A DNA stretch of 64,000 nucleotides from Hypanus sabinus (lineage: Eukaryota), in NCBI RefSeq assembly GCF_030144855.1, contig NC_082707.1, forward strand, positions 71,176,001-71,240,000, read 5' to 3'. Of the stretch, positions 13,541 to 25,465 are shown in pieces. How positions within the stretch are numbered: position 1 is the stretch's first letter; every line of letters starts with the position of its first letter. Both the position numbers and the translations under genes were made by a program. The notes under the pieces are model-generated. The model had not been told where the DNA came from. It was given only the letters and a program-made list of their open reading frames with translations, and searched no databases.

Positions 13541-15191
13541 TGTTTTTGATTAAGATTTTCCACATGACGTATTTCATTCACAAGTAAGCCTCAAATAAAA
13601 AGAATCAGAGCATGAATATACTGCAATTGGATTCACTTTTTAAATGTTGTAGGCTAAAGCAATGTTTCTCCTTGTATTTTACAAATTAGCTGTAAAGCAA
13701 AACATCCTTTTGTATAGTTGCTTGAATAGCTTTATAGACAACTTTTTGTTTACCTCACCATATTAAGGCAGTTAATATCACTCACTTCTGCATTACTGGG
13801 AAACTTACAAATCTATACAAAAGCAATAGATTCATGATGTGATTAAAGTTGACATGAATGCCCATGTGCATACATCTGATAACTGTTCAGGGTCAGAACA
13901 TAATAGCTATTGCATTGCCTATTCGGTCTAACATGTCTTATTTTGTACACAACGTAATACAGCTGCAAAATTTTGGAGCATAATTTGCTACAAGATGCCA
14001 AATGGCACTTAAGGGACACATGGTGCCAACAAAAAAAATTAATCTTGGCTTGTTGAGATTCAGAGATTATTAAATGAGTGGAGAGTACTCCTTGGTTCTT
14101 CATTGTATTGGCAGCTGCTTGACTTGTGATGCTGATCATGCAAATAGACATTATGAGCTGAGTAAGTTATTCTGCTGCAATAGGCTGACAGGGAACTATT
14201 AATTGATTCAGAGCACAACATTGTGTATAACCTTGCCTAAAACAAACACAGCTGGCAATATCATACTCACTCCAAGATATAAATTTAGCCATGACAGAAC
14301 TTTTTAGCCAAGGTTACCAAGAGTCAAGTTTGCCAAAGTAATAACTTTTTTTTCATTGTTTGTCTTAGTGCTTGCAGTGTGCAGTTTATAATGAAGGAGA
14401 AAGAACATTCTGATGCAGGATTTCAACTACTTGTCTGCTCAGGGTGAATTTGTGCTCTCTTTTGCAGAGATAGACAACTGAGTTGCCCAAGGTGTAAAAG
14501 CAAATAATGCCAGTACTCAAGGTATATGTCAGGTAGCATAAAACTTCCTGCAGGCAAAAAAAGTAAATGAAGCATGAGAATAAATATTCAAGGAGTGAAA
14601 GGAATCAGTCTTCCCAACTGGAAGGCATTTTGTGAGGCTAGTGGTGGTCATTTTGCACCTGTTTAGGGTTGTTTTAATTGCATCAAGGTTTTGCCACTGG
14701 GTTTCAGAATGGACTTCTGCATCTCCTTGATAATTCATTTGTTATTCTTTTGAAGTGAAATTGTTAGGTGTGAAAAACTGAAATTTCTTCTTCACAGCTT
14801 AGTAAACCATTTTTATTTTCCATGTTTGCACTGAAGGTTTTCTGCTTCCCTTGTTCCAATGTTATTAATCCATAAGAAAGGAAGTCATAACCGATCAACT
14901 GCTGAGCAAAACAGTTCTCCTCCAATCAACTCACTTCCATCTCCACTGATCCTACTTGACCTGCTGCATGCTGCCAGCGTTTTCTATTTTGTTTTAGATT
15001 TCCAGTGTCTGTGGTTTTTTGTTTTGCATCGTATACCCTGTAGTCATAACTTGTTAGTAGTAAGGGGTCTGTAGCAATTCTCCTTGGTTGAGTTCGTTCT
15101 CAGTAGAGGCAACCATAGCTGTTTGTATCAATCACTTTAGACTGCTCTTACATTCATTTTCTAGCCATTGTATCCTGAGCTGACGGAATCC

Positions 15192-16211
15192 TGCAGTGAC
15201 TAGTGGGATTAGGCAAGGGTCAGTGCTGGGACCCCAGTTGTTTACAATATATATTAATGATTTAGACGAGGGAATTAAATGCAGCTTCTCCAAGTTTGCA
15301 GATGACATGAAGCTGGGCAGCAGTGTTAGCTGTGAGGAGGATGCTAAGAGGATGCAGGGTGACTTGGATAGGTTAGGTGAGTGGGCAAATTCATGGCAGA
15401 TGCAATCTAATATGGATAAATGTGAGGTTATCCACTTTGGTTGTAAGAACAGGAAAACAGATTATTATCTGAACGGTGGCCGATTAGGAAAAGGGGAGGT
15501 GCAACAAGACCTGGGTGTCATTGTACACCAGTCATTGAAGGTGGGTATGCAGGTACAGCAGGCGGTGAAACAGGCAAATGGTATGTTGGCGTTCATAGCA
15601 AAAGGATTTGAGTGCAGGAGCAGGGAGGTTCTACTGCAGTTGTACAAGGCCTTGGTGAGACTGCACCTAAAGTATTGTGTGCAGTTTTGGTCCCCTAATC
15701 TGAGGAAAGACATTCTTGCCATAGAGGGAGTACAAAGAAGGTTGATGGGATGGCAGGGCTTTCATATGAAGAAAGACTGGATCAACTAGGCTTGTACTCA
15801 CTGGAATTTAGAAGATTGAAGAGGGATCTTATTGAAACGTATAAAATTCTAAAGGGATTGGATAGGCTAGATGCAGGAAGATTGTTTCTGATGTTGGGGA
15901 AGTCCAGAACGAGGAGTTGCAGTTTTGAGGATAAAGGGGAAGCCTTTTAGGTCCAAGATGAGGAAAAACTTCTTCACACAGATAGTAGTGAATCTGTGGA
16001 ATTCTCTGCCACAGGAAACAGTTGAGGCCGGTTCATTGGCTATATTTAAGAGGAAGTTAGATATGGCCCTTGTGGCTAAAGGGATCAGGGAGTATGGAGA
16101 GAAAGCAGGTACAGGGTTCTGAGTTGGATGATCAGCCATGATCATACTGAATGGCGGTGCAGGCTCGAAGGGCCAAATGGCCTACTCCTGCATCTATTTT
16201 CTATGTTTCTA
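15192..16211 (+). mobile_element. 5'-truncated CR1 (HER1-like) LINE; RT pseudogene fragment
   Basis: ORF 15196-15789 has QGSVLGPQLFTIYINDL, KFADD, KCEVIHFG and YCVQFWSP. Frameshifted C-terminus VVNLWNSLP, and a CTATGTTTCTA tail. Confidence 0.95.
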
Positions 16212-17059
16212 AACCTGGGAAGAGTCATTTTGTTATCAGCTGTGCAAGAATATTGAATCTGTATGGATGATTTATAATAACATATAAAACTCCAGAAACC
16301 TAAAAAGTATGAGAACATTTTAATCATTGTTATTATCACTGCAATGGATGTGATCTGCAGACTTTATTTTCTTAATTTTCCTGTCCATTTCAGACAATGT
16401 ATTTCTAAGGTCAGCCTCTCATACTTTTTTAATCCACTACTTTTACTTTTTGTAACAAAGCCAGTATGAACTGATTTGGGTTTAAAATCATGGTTGATCC
16501 AGGTCAGTAAAGGGCTGAGCATAGCCCAGGTGTGTGGACCATTTCTTACTCAATGTGTATATTGACATTTACGCATGTGCATCCCAGAAAGATTTGTGCC
16601 CTTTTGAATTATCAGTCTTCTTTCATTATGCAATAGTATGGCAGTTTGGTTTAGCAATTTATTGGTAGATAAAAATTTAGCTTTCTTTAATTTAATCTCA
16701 CTGTTGTTACATTCAGAAGTGTATATTGGTGAATAATGAGTAATAGTCATTTGGACGCTGTTTGAAAGAAGATGTTATGCTTTGCTTGGATATCCCCATT
16801 TTATAAAGTCTCTTTATACATTTGCTTCCTTTAATTGTGTACAAAACATGCTTAGTATTCACCATAATTAGTTGAAGAATTCAAAAGTTGCAAGCTGTGA
16901 AGATGAGAAAGGGAAGAAGGCACTTGGTGAAAGTGTAGAACAGGGTGTAACACACAGGCAGTCTTTTCCAATTTTTGCTTCTATTAAGTCAAAAAAAAGA
17001 CTTTAGGGCACTTCTGTGAGTGGCTGACAGTTATTATCTTGTACAGACTATTGTCTTAA

Positions 17060-17830
17060 GTAGAGTTATATAGCGCAAAAACAGGCTGTGCAGCACACCA
17101 TGTCCATTCCCCCAATCAAGTGTTCATAAACTAATCCCATTGCGGCACCTTCTGTGCCTTGGCAGGTCTAGTGCTTCCCTGCTTACTTATGAAGTATTAC
17201 TGGGCAGTGTTCTCTATTGGAAACTCTGGCTAAAAAGAAATCCTTTAACCTTCTCTAACTCTTCATCTTAAATTCATGCTGGCTGGTTTTAGATGTCTCT
17301 TATGGGGTAAAATTTCTCACTATCCACCTATCTATGTATCTCATAATTTTGTATACTTCTGTCAGCTTTCTCCTTCAGATTCTTCCTCTGCCAAGAAAAA
17401 CAATCACAACACTTTAGTCACTTCTCATAATTGAAATGTTTCATCACAGGCAACATTGTGACCACTGTAGGCAGATCTCATCACCGCACAACAGCAGGGA
17501 TAAAATTGTACTTTAGAAGGACACCTTCTAAAGTACAATTTTATCCCTGCTGTTGTGCGGTGATGAGATCTGCCTACAGTGGTCCGTCCAGCTGTGGCCT
17601 AACAAAAGTCTTATAACGTTGTACTACGATGTCCATACTCTTATATTCTGTTCCCTGGCTCACGAAGGCCAATATTCTCTATGTGTTTTTCATGATCTTA
17701 GCTATCTTTGCTGCCGTCTTTAAGGATCTGTGGGCTTGTACACTGTGGTCTGTCCTGTTCTTCACTGCTCCCTTCAGTTCTACCATTCATAATGTATATG
17801 TTACCTTTATTAGACCTCCTAAGATGTGTC
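17060..17830 (-). mobile_element. Old degenerate CR1 LINE 3' fragment
   Basis: CTCATAATTTTGTATAC, CAGGCAACATT, CCAGCTGTGGCCTAAC and GAAGGCCAATAT are collinear with the CR1 copy at 20918-21540. Confidence 0.6.
17460..17584. repeat. Perfect inverted repeat (61-bp arms, 3-nt loop)
   Basis: 17460-17520 is the exact reverse complement of 17524-17584, with loop ACA. Confidence 0.98.
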
Positions 17831-18882
17831 TCCTAAAAGTTGCTCCCTTTCACTCTGCAATCCTTATTTTCTTTTTTGCAAGGTTTTGTAAAGCTATTTC
17901 TTATGGTTATATACTCTAATTACATTGGTAATCTGTTGTTTGACTCCAATTTTGACTGCAACCTATTATCCTCCCTATAATCCCGTCAGCTCCTCCCAGT
18001 CTGTGCCACTCACCTGTAAACCAGGGGTATTTTACAGTTGGCAGATAGACTACCAGTTTTGCACATTGTTGGGGTGTGGGTGCAAATTGGTGTACCCGGG
18101 AGCAATCCATGTAATTACAGTGAGAATATGCAAACTCAGCACCAGAGGTTAAGTTTGAAGCTTAACCACTGAGGTTGTCTTCTTCTAATACAGTTTTATT
18201 TGTACTGCTACTTGTAAAAAGTAGTTTTGTCTTTTCAGTACCTTAGAGTGATGGAATTAGCATGTATTTCTGCAACTATAAAGCAACTTATTCTGTCACC
18301 AAATAATCCCATGGGTGAGTTATGATTTGGCTTTTTGCAACATGAAGCATAATGTATCTAATCTAAATTACTGTAAGTGTCTGCATCCAACTGGAAACTT
18401 TACTAGATTGTTCAAATGAATCACCGAAGGGTGTCTGCTGCTGTCACTAAGTGAAGAATTTGCTGCCTCTGGATGAACAGTTTTAATTTTTTGCTTTGAG
18501 AAATGTTAGGTGACCAACTATAAACAGAAAATACACAAGAGAATATGTAGTTGAAATACAGAAACCTGTGCTGATCAGTGTAGAGATTTATTTATGAAGA
18601 CATTTAGTGAATATTGGAATATTTTAATACTCAGTGCACTACTTACTATATGTGATTTGCAAGATGGAGTGCAGCAAAGCAGCAAAAAAAAACATTGCAA
18701 GTCTTGTTTTGAGATAAGCTTTGCTCTCCAGCCAAAAAGAACAAATTTTGACACATTTTCCAGACATTTCATGAGGCTTTCTTCTTACTTCTAATTATGG
18801 TCTTGCCCTGTTAGTCAGCTGACCCTTGAGGTCCGACTGCATGCCAGCTCAAACTAACTACACCCCTTCAGATACCAACTTC

Positions 18883-18963
18883 ACTTCACATCACGGAAAC
18901 TGGCATAAGCACCGGCCTGATGAACCTATAAGGCTCGGGGCAGACTTTAACTAACTTAACCAG
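18883..18963 (+). mobile_element. 81-bp retroelement 3' end with target-site duplication
   Basis: GATACCAACTTC repeated at 18871-18882 and 18964-18975; the insert ends in a TTAACTAACTTAAC simple-repeat tail. Confidence 0.6.
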
Positions 18964-19486
18964 GATACCAACTTCCCTCCTCCTTCCGCCTCACCAAACA
19001 TAAAGCCAATTGTGCAATGAATGGGAAGCCGTTGAATGTGTAAGGTTTGTAAAGTTGCAGACATGTCTTTGAATTATTGCGCATTAGAATTTTGCTGCAG
19101 TGTGTCTTTGCAAAAATGGATGTGTTGCATGTAATGCATTTTGAACTGCTCAAGACACTGAAGAATTTATAGGTATTTATCTCAAAATAATTTATTGTTC
19201 CTTGTGGAATGAGAAAATATTTCAAAGGCTATGTCTTGCATGACATAGATGTTCAGATGTGGGCCATGGTTAGTTTGAGTTTATAGGTCAGAAGGAAGAA
19301 GAAGGTCAATGCATTGGAACCAGGATCTAATTGAATGCTATAAGGTGGAGATCTGCCATACCTGGCAAGATGAAACTGATTACACTCAGTAGATAAAATG
19401 AAGCAGTGGTGGATGGTTCTTTCAAAAGATCATTATAATCAGATTTGAGGAATAAAGTGAGGCAAATTGATTGGCTTTCTTTTAAT

Positions 19487-19843
19487 GAGACAAGTGTGGA
19501 TGTAGAGATGATGATTCCAATAGTGGGGGAGTCTAAAATCAGTGGACTCAGCCTCAGAATAGAATGGTATCCTTTTAGAACAGAGATGAGGAAACATTTC
19601 TTCAGCCTTAGAGTGGTGAACCTGTGGAACTCATTGCCACAGGTGGCTGTGGAGGCCAAGTCATTAGGTATATTTAGGTAGAGGTTGACAGATCCTTGAT
19701 TATGGGCATGAAGGGATGAAGGGGGAAGGTAAGATATTGGGGCTGAGAGGGAAAATGGATCAGCCATGATGAAATGTCAGAGCAGTCTCAGTGAGCCAAA
19801 TGGCGTAATTCTACCCCCATATCTTATGGTCTTAAGGTCTTAT
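19487..19843 (+). mobile_element. CR1 LINE 3' fragment
   Basis: FRTEMRKHFFSLRVVNLWNSLPQVAVEAKSL, followed by a 3' UTR and a (TCTTATGG)-type tail. Confidence 0.85.
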
Positions 19844-20334
19844 AAGCAAAGTATCATTTAGGACACAAAGTAAATGTCATAACAGTTATGATGCTGTACT
19901 TTAAAGTAAGTCTGGAAAGAGCAGCTGTTTGGGCCAGGAGGACTGTAATTGAAGCTCTCCTTGAATAATGTAGCAATTGATATTCTGATTGACAGAAGTT
20001 AGGAGCAGAGATGAAGTTAGTTTGAAATGTTTTGAGCTGATCAAAATAACAAATGTCACTGGCAGGGCTTTCACCAAGGATACTAGCATGGAAAACATGA
20101 TCAGTCCAAGTAGCATCTGCCACATTTTAAGAAAGGGCGAGCTGAGGTTTTAAAATCACAACTAATTTCATTGGTATAGATGGAAGGCTGAAAATTATGC
20201 ATTATTGAAACATGGTGAAGGAAGATAGAATTTATGATTTACAGCCCTGAATTATATTTCTAAGTATAATCTTTGTTATAATGTTGGATAATCAGCTTTG
20301 GAGATGGTCACAGTATGATTGAGTGCTTACAAGC

Positions 20335-21652
20335 ATTCCCCCTCCCAGCCCTTACCCCTGCAAGTGGCCTAAGTGCTACACCTGCCAATACACCTTGTCC
20401 TTCACCTCCATTCAGGGCCCCAGGCAGGCCCTCCTACATAGTGTATCTCTTCACCTAGGGTTGTCTATTGTATCTGGTGCTCCCGAAGCAGCGGCCTCTA
20501 CATTGGTGAGACCCATCATGAATTGGGGAACTGCTTTGTTGAGCGCCTCCACTCCATCCTCCACAAGTGAAACATCCCAGAGGCCAAACATTTTAATTCC
20601 GATTCTCATTCTTGCTCCAACGTATCAGTCCATGGCCTTCTCTTGTGCCAAGATGAGGCCTCCCTCAGTGAGGAGGAGCAACACCATCTGGGTGGCCTCC
20701 AACCTAATGGCATAAATATTGATTCCTCCTTCCAGGAAACAAATTTCTCTCCCCATTCCTTCCTCTATTCCTCTCTGTGACCTTTTACCTCTTCCCACTG
20801 ATGTGTTTCTTCCCCTTGGGACCCCCCCTCCTTCCCTTTCTCCTATGGTCCACTATATTTTTATTCTGGCATCTTCAGCCTTCTGAGTCTGAAGAATGGT
20901 CTTGGCTTAAAATATCATGCAGTCATAGAGACATAAAGCACAGAAAAGAACGACCCATTGGCATATTTAGTCCATGCTAATACCAGTTAAACTGCCTACT
21001 TCCATCAACCTGCACCACACTATAGCCCTCCTTACCCCTGCTATCTGGGTACCTTTCCAAACTTCTCTTAAATGTTGAAACTGAGCTCACATCCACCACT
21101 GTTGGCAGCTCATTCCACGCACTCATAGCCCTCCAAGTGTAAAAGTTTTCCCTCATGTTCACCTTTCACCCATGACCTCTGATTGTACCCAACCTCAGTG
21201 GAAAATGCCTGCTTGCATTATCCCTATGTATACCCCTCATAATTTTGTAAATCTCTATCAATTTTTTCCCGAATCCTTTACATTCTAAGGAAAACAGTCC
21301 TAACCTATTCAATCTTTCCTTATAACTCAGGTCCTCCAGACCCGGCAACATACTTGTAAATTTTCTCTGCACTCTTTCAACCTTGTTTACATCTTTCCTG
21401 CAGGTAGGTGATTAAAACTGCACACAATACTCCTAATTAGGCCTCACCAATGTCTTAAACAACTTCAACATAACATCCTATCTCCTGTACTCAATACATT
21501 CATTTATGAAGGCCAATGTGCTAAAAGCTTTCTTTATGACATATGTCATCTGTCAATTCATTTCCATAAATGCTGCCTGAACAGCTGAGTTCCTCCAGCA
21601 TTTTGAGTGTGTTGCTTTGGATTTCCAGTATCTGCAGACTTCATCGTGTTTA
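20335..21652 (+). mobile_element. Penelope-like element fragment (GIY-YIG endonuclease end plus tail), split by a CR1 insertion
   Basis: PCKWPKCYTC, then in a shifted frame VYCIWCS...GLYIGET and HFNS (GIY-YIG). A pyrimidine-rich tract and a ribozyme-like box follow at 20889. The tail resumes at 21541 (ATGCTGCCTG...CTCCAGCATTTTG...GATTTCCAG). Confidence 0.8.
20918..21540 (-). mobile_element. 5'-truncated CR1 LINE
   Basis: Minus-strand ORFs QRKFTSMLPGLEDLSYKERLNRLGLFSLE and AWNELP, with a (CTATG)-type tail at 20918-20935. Confidence 0.9.
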
Positions 21653-21779
21653 AAGTAATAAAGGAACCACTTGGTCATTTGTTTCTAGATTGGCTTTAGA
21701 TACTGCTTTCCAATCAGTTCCATTGACCCTTTATTTCTCCGCAGCACAACACTGATTAATATTCCTTCAGAGATTATAA

Positions 21780-22017
21780 ATGGCACAACAGAAATAATAT
21801 GACAGCACCAGCAACCCAAGTTCCATTCCTCTGCTGTTGATAAGGAGTCTATACGTTCACCCCATGATCACTTGGGTTTCCTTTGGGTGCAGCGGATTTC
21901 TCAAACATTCCAAAGATGTATGGGTCAGTAGGTTAATTGGTCACATGCGTGTACTTGGGTAGCCTGAGCTCGTTGGTCTGGAAGTCCCCATTACTTCTAT
22001 ACCTCTAAATAAATAAA
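21780..22017 (+). mobile_element. V-SINE/HE1-like SINE
   Basis: GGGTTTCC...CATTCCAAAGA...GGTTAATTGGTCA and a (TAAA)n tail; collinear with 4987-5293. Confidence 0.65.
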
Positions 22018-23035
22018 TTCATTCAGTTACTTAGAAGTCTCTGCTGGATTCATGTCCTCCACATTTCCAGACTGTGGACTCCAGATCGATCAGAACAATT
22101 TGTCGATTGTGTATATGTACAAGTACTTGACATTAGTGTCCTGTGCTTATTGACTCATTGAAATGGAAGTAGATTTTCCTGATATAGTGTGAACTCATCT
22201 CTGCACCATCTCTGAATAATCTCAGATTTCAAACTCTAATCACCCCTCCTTGCATCCCTTGTCTGAAGTCCCCTTCCAGTGATTCCCTTCATGCACTTAA
22301 CAAATCTTAGCATCTCCTAAAGATCAGGCTTAGAATTAAACAAAATTGGGTCTGAACGGACTTTCATAAAGGCTTCATATAACTTCATTGCTTGTGCACA
22401 CCTTTCCCTCTGTTAAAAAGCTAAGGCGCTTTGATGTTACCTTCACAATTTTCTCAATTTGTTTTGCTGTCCTTCAAGACTTGAGTGCATAAATCCTCAG
22501 CAACCCCTATACTTGTAAGACACACAAGAATATCTAATTACGTTTGTACAGCCTCTCCTCATACTTCTTAACTAAAGGTGGATTATAGAAATTTAATAGA
22601 ATGTGTGCAAAATAGTAGAAATTTACTTGAAGCAGAAACGCAAAAAGATAATTAAAAGCTGAATTATAATCTTAAAAAACCTTATTAGATTCACTATGTG
22701 TGACACACTTTAAATGGGCAGAGTATTGCCTACACCTTTGACATGTACAAGGGAAACTGCATATTTACTTTAAATTATCTAGGTTGTACTATGCATACTG
22801 ATTGTTGAACTCAATCATGGATAGTGAACTCTGTTGGTTCTCATCATTTGTTTTTGAGTATTCTGAAATATTTTTGCACTATTTACATATACCAGGGACC
22901 TACTGTGGAATTTGTTAAGCTGGAGAAGCAAATTTTGGTAATCACGTTCCAAAGATCAGGGAGACCTACTGGTCAATCAAATTTTGTCCAAGTGCTGAAG
23001 ATGAAAACCTTCATCAAAGCTGCAATATAATTGGC

Positions 23036-23173
23036 AAAACAAGAGAGAATCTGCAGATGCTGGAAATCCAAGCAACACACAAAAATGCTAAAAAAAAACT
23101 CAACAGGCCTGGCAGCATCTATGGAAAAAAGTACAGTCCACATTTCAGGCCGAGACACTTCGGGAGGACTGGA
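23036..23173 (-). mobile_element. Short Penelope-derived tail unit
   Basis: Reverse complement matches 41885-42019 (CAGTCC...TCTCGGCCTGAAA...ATAGATGCTGCC...GATTTCCAGCATCTGCAGA). Confidence 0.75.
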
Positions 23174-23444
23174 GGTGGTGGTGTACCTGACACTGGGCCA
23201 TGATTGTTCTCTGTTGTGATCTTTGGTGCAGTCCTCTGCTAAGTTCTACATTGCAGCACATTGGTGGGGTGTAGACCAGTATAGAGCTTTTACAGCATTA
23301 GGAAAGGACTGCATGTGTATTTTGGCCTTCACGGCCGATGAAGTTCCCAGGCTATCAGAGCTGTCGCTGAAATTGAAAGTTTGTGAATATCTTTTGGTTT
23401 TGCATTAATTCAGATATTTGAGAGCCATATGAGTTCTGTAAGGT

Positions 23445-24410
23445 TGTTACAGCCAAGGGTCGTAATGGGGACAAGCTCCCACTTATCTATTAAATGCTCC
23501 CAATGGTGTGTGCCTCAGTTAGTCTCTGACAACCAAGTTCAGATCCTGTCCTTTAAGTGTGGCTTAGCCACTAAACCTGACAGAGCCATTTTTGCTGACG
23601 GGAGAAGGGGCAAAGGGAAGTTACTGGCACCTGCTTCAGGCAGGTGGGGCTCAATAGACGTGGTTGGCAGCTCATCTAGGAGAAGGAAAACTCTGATTTC
23701 AAACCTCAGCTGCCTTGCAGCTATACCCACTCATGCGGAAGGCTTCGGGAGTAAACCCTGAGGGAAAAATCTGGATCTGGAGTCCCTAAGAATCAGAATC
23801 AGAGTCAGAATCAGAATCTTTTATTATCACCAAGTCTGAGGACACACACAGGGAATTTGATGCCGGTTTCCCTGAGCTCTCTCTGTACAGAATTAAAAGC
23901 AAACAAAACAATAGTGCAAATAATCATAAACTATATACAATGAGGTCCATCTCATTGAATGTACAGGTGGACTTGATTTATAATAGACTAAAATTCAAGT
24001 GTTCATAAGACTGATGGCATATGGAAAGAAACTGTTCTTGTACCTATTTGTCCTGGCAGACAGTGATCTAAAGCGCCTACCAGAAGGAAGGAGTTGGAAC
24101 AGGTGATGTCCAGGGTGTGATGGGTCTACAATAATGCTGCTTGCTCGCTTCCTGACTCCAGATGCATATAAACATCTAGAGTCAGGAAGGCAGTGTTACA
24201 TTGAGTTTAGGGTTGACTACCAACTCTTATGACACTACTGGTACCAAACTGTATTGATCTCTGCCATTCCTTTGGGTTCGTCAGATGCGTGGAGAGGAGG
24301 AGCTTGCTACACAGGCAACAGTTTGCTCTCCATATCGTACTGCCCAGGCTTGTGTATCTAGACAGCTAGGATGCAATCTCCATGGTCAATTCTGTCCAAA
24401 GGAGGCCCTT
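23445..24410 (+). mobile_element. Non-coding retroelement resembling an RTE-type 5' UTR derivative, split at 23790/24190
   Basis: GGCAGCTCATCTAGGAGAAGGAAAACTCTGATTTCAAACC is an RTE-like leader motif; the sequence appears to continue across the nested insertion (CCCTAAG|GCAGT). Family assignment is from recall only. Confidence 0.45.
23791..24189 (-). mobile_element. Rex1-type LINE 3' fragment
   Basis: (GATTCT)n tail at 23791-23818; minus-strand RASSIIVDPSHPGHHLFQLLPSGRRFRSLSARTNRYKNSFFPYAISLMN. Confidence 0.75.
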
Positions 24411-24695
24411 ACCTCATAGGAAATAAAAATAAATGTTTTCTAAATTAGCGCATTATGAAACAGACACATACTAAAACAAAATTTAAAAATGCCTCTTGCA
24501 ATAGATTTCTCTAATTTAATGGGACTGCCGTGTTTGCAGTAGGAGAGCTGAAAATACTACAGAAATTTGTGCTGCCTGGTTGGGCTGCCATGAGGAATTT
24601 ATCTGTGTATGTTAGAGTGGCTTATGTGACAAGCATCAAAGCAAAAGGTGCAAGTCCTGCCTTAAGGACCACCCCCACCGCAGTTGCTTCCACAG

Positions 24696-25140
24696 CATTG
24701 GATTCTGATGCTGTTAATCCAATGTTCTTCTGGAAGTCAGGACAGAGGCATAAAACTTGTTGATTCAATGGAACAAAGGAAACTGAAAATGGACAGTAAC
24801 AGGGCAGAAACTAGTTGTGGAAGAGAGAGAAGATGCACTGATGGCAGTGTCACATTGTTAGCTGCTTTTATACCCCATAGATGAGAAACATGCCATTCAA
24901 ATTCATGGCTATGAGTTAACCAATCAGATAGTCCCTATTCAAATAATGCAATACCAAGAGAACTTTACAGAATTTGTAAAGAATTGTAATCACTAGGGGC
25001 ACACTGATAAACTACATATACATGGTGTAGCCACTAGGAAGCATACCAAACAGTTCCATGTATGTCAGTAGTTATAAAAAATGCCAGCAGGCATAAATTG
25101 TTAAACAAAAAAAAAGACAATTAAATTGCCTAATCCAACA
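24696..25140 (-). repeat. 3' LTR of the provirus
   Basis: Starts TGTTGGATT directly after a purine tract and ends AATCCAATG (decayed inverted repeat). Contains an ATTGG/CCAAT box (~24920) and GGGGTATAAAAG TATA box (~24865-24876). Homologous to 33624-33760 and 25725-26061. Confidence 0.8.
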
Positions 25141-25153
25141 ATACTCCTTTGAT
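25141..25153 (-). promoter_or_regulatory. Polypurine tract (degenerate)
   Basis: Minus-strand ATCAAAGGAGTAT abutting the TG start of the 3' LTR. Confidence 0.55.
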
Positions 25154-25280
25154 TCTAAATCACATATAGAATCATCACATCTGAAAATTCAGAGGTAGCA
25201 AAAAATATTTCTGTTAAGTATAAAATAATGAAAAACTGCCTCAGTATTATCAAAGGTATATACAGTATTCTTCAAAGTAT

Positions 25281-25465
25281 TCATGGGATTTTGTCACGGT
25301 TAGGTAGATCAGTAGCCACACTTTCATGAGTTTGAACTATTCTATTAAAGATAGCCATTAAACAAGTAAAACAGATATAAATTATGATAAGGCATATTAG
25401 TACACATTGTTAGCAGAAGGAATTAGCTAAACTATGATGACAATTAATATTAGAATACATTTCAT
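25281..25465 (-). pseudogene. env: env remnant (signal-peptide-like start next to a transmembrane anchor and cytoplasmic tail)
   Basis: MKCILILIVIIV* from 25465, then QCVLICLIIIYICFTCLMAIFNRIVQTHESVATDLPNRDKIP* (25409-25281), located between IN and the PPT. Confidence 0.5.

Noticed and set aside
18915-18950. CTGATGA box suggesting another hammerhead or a C/D snoRNA
   Set aside because: No GAAA box or closing stems follow it.
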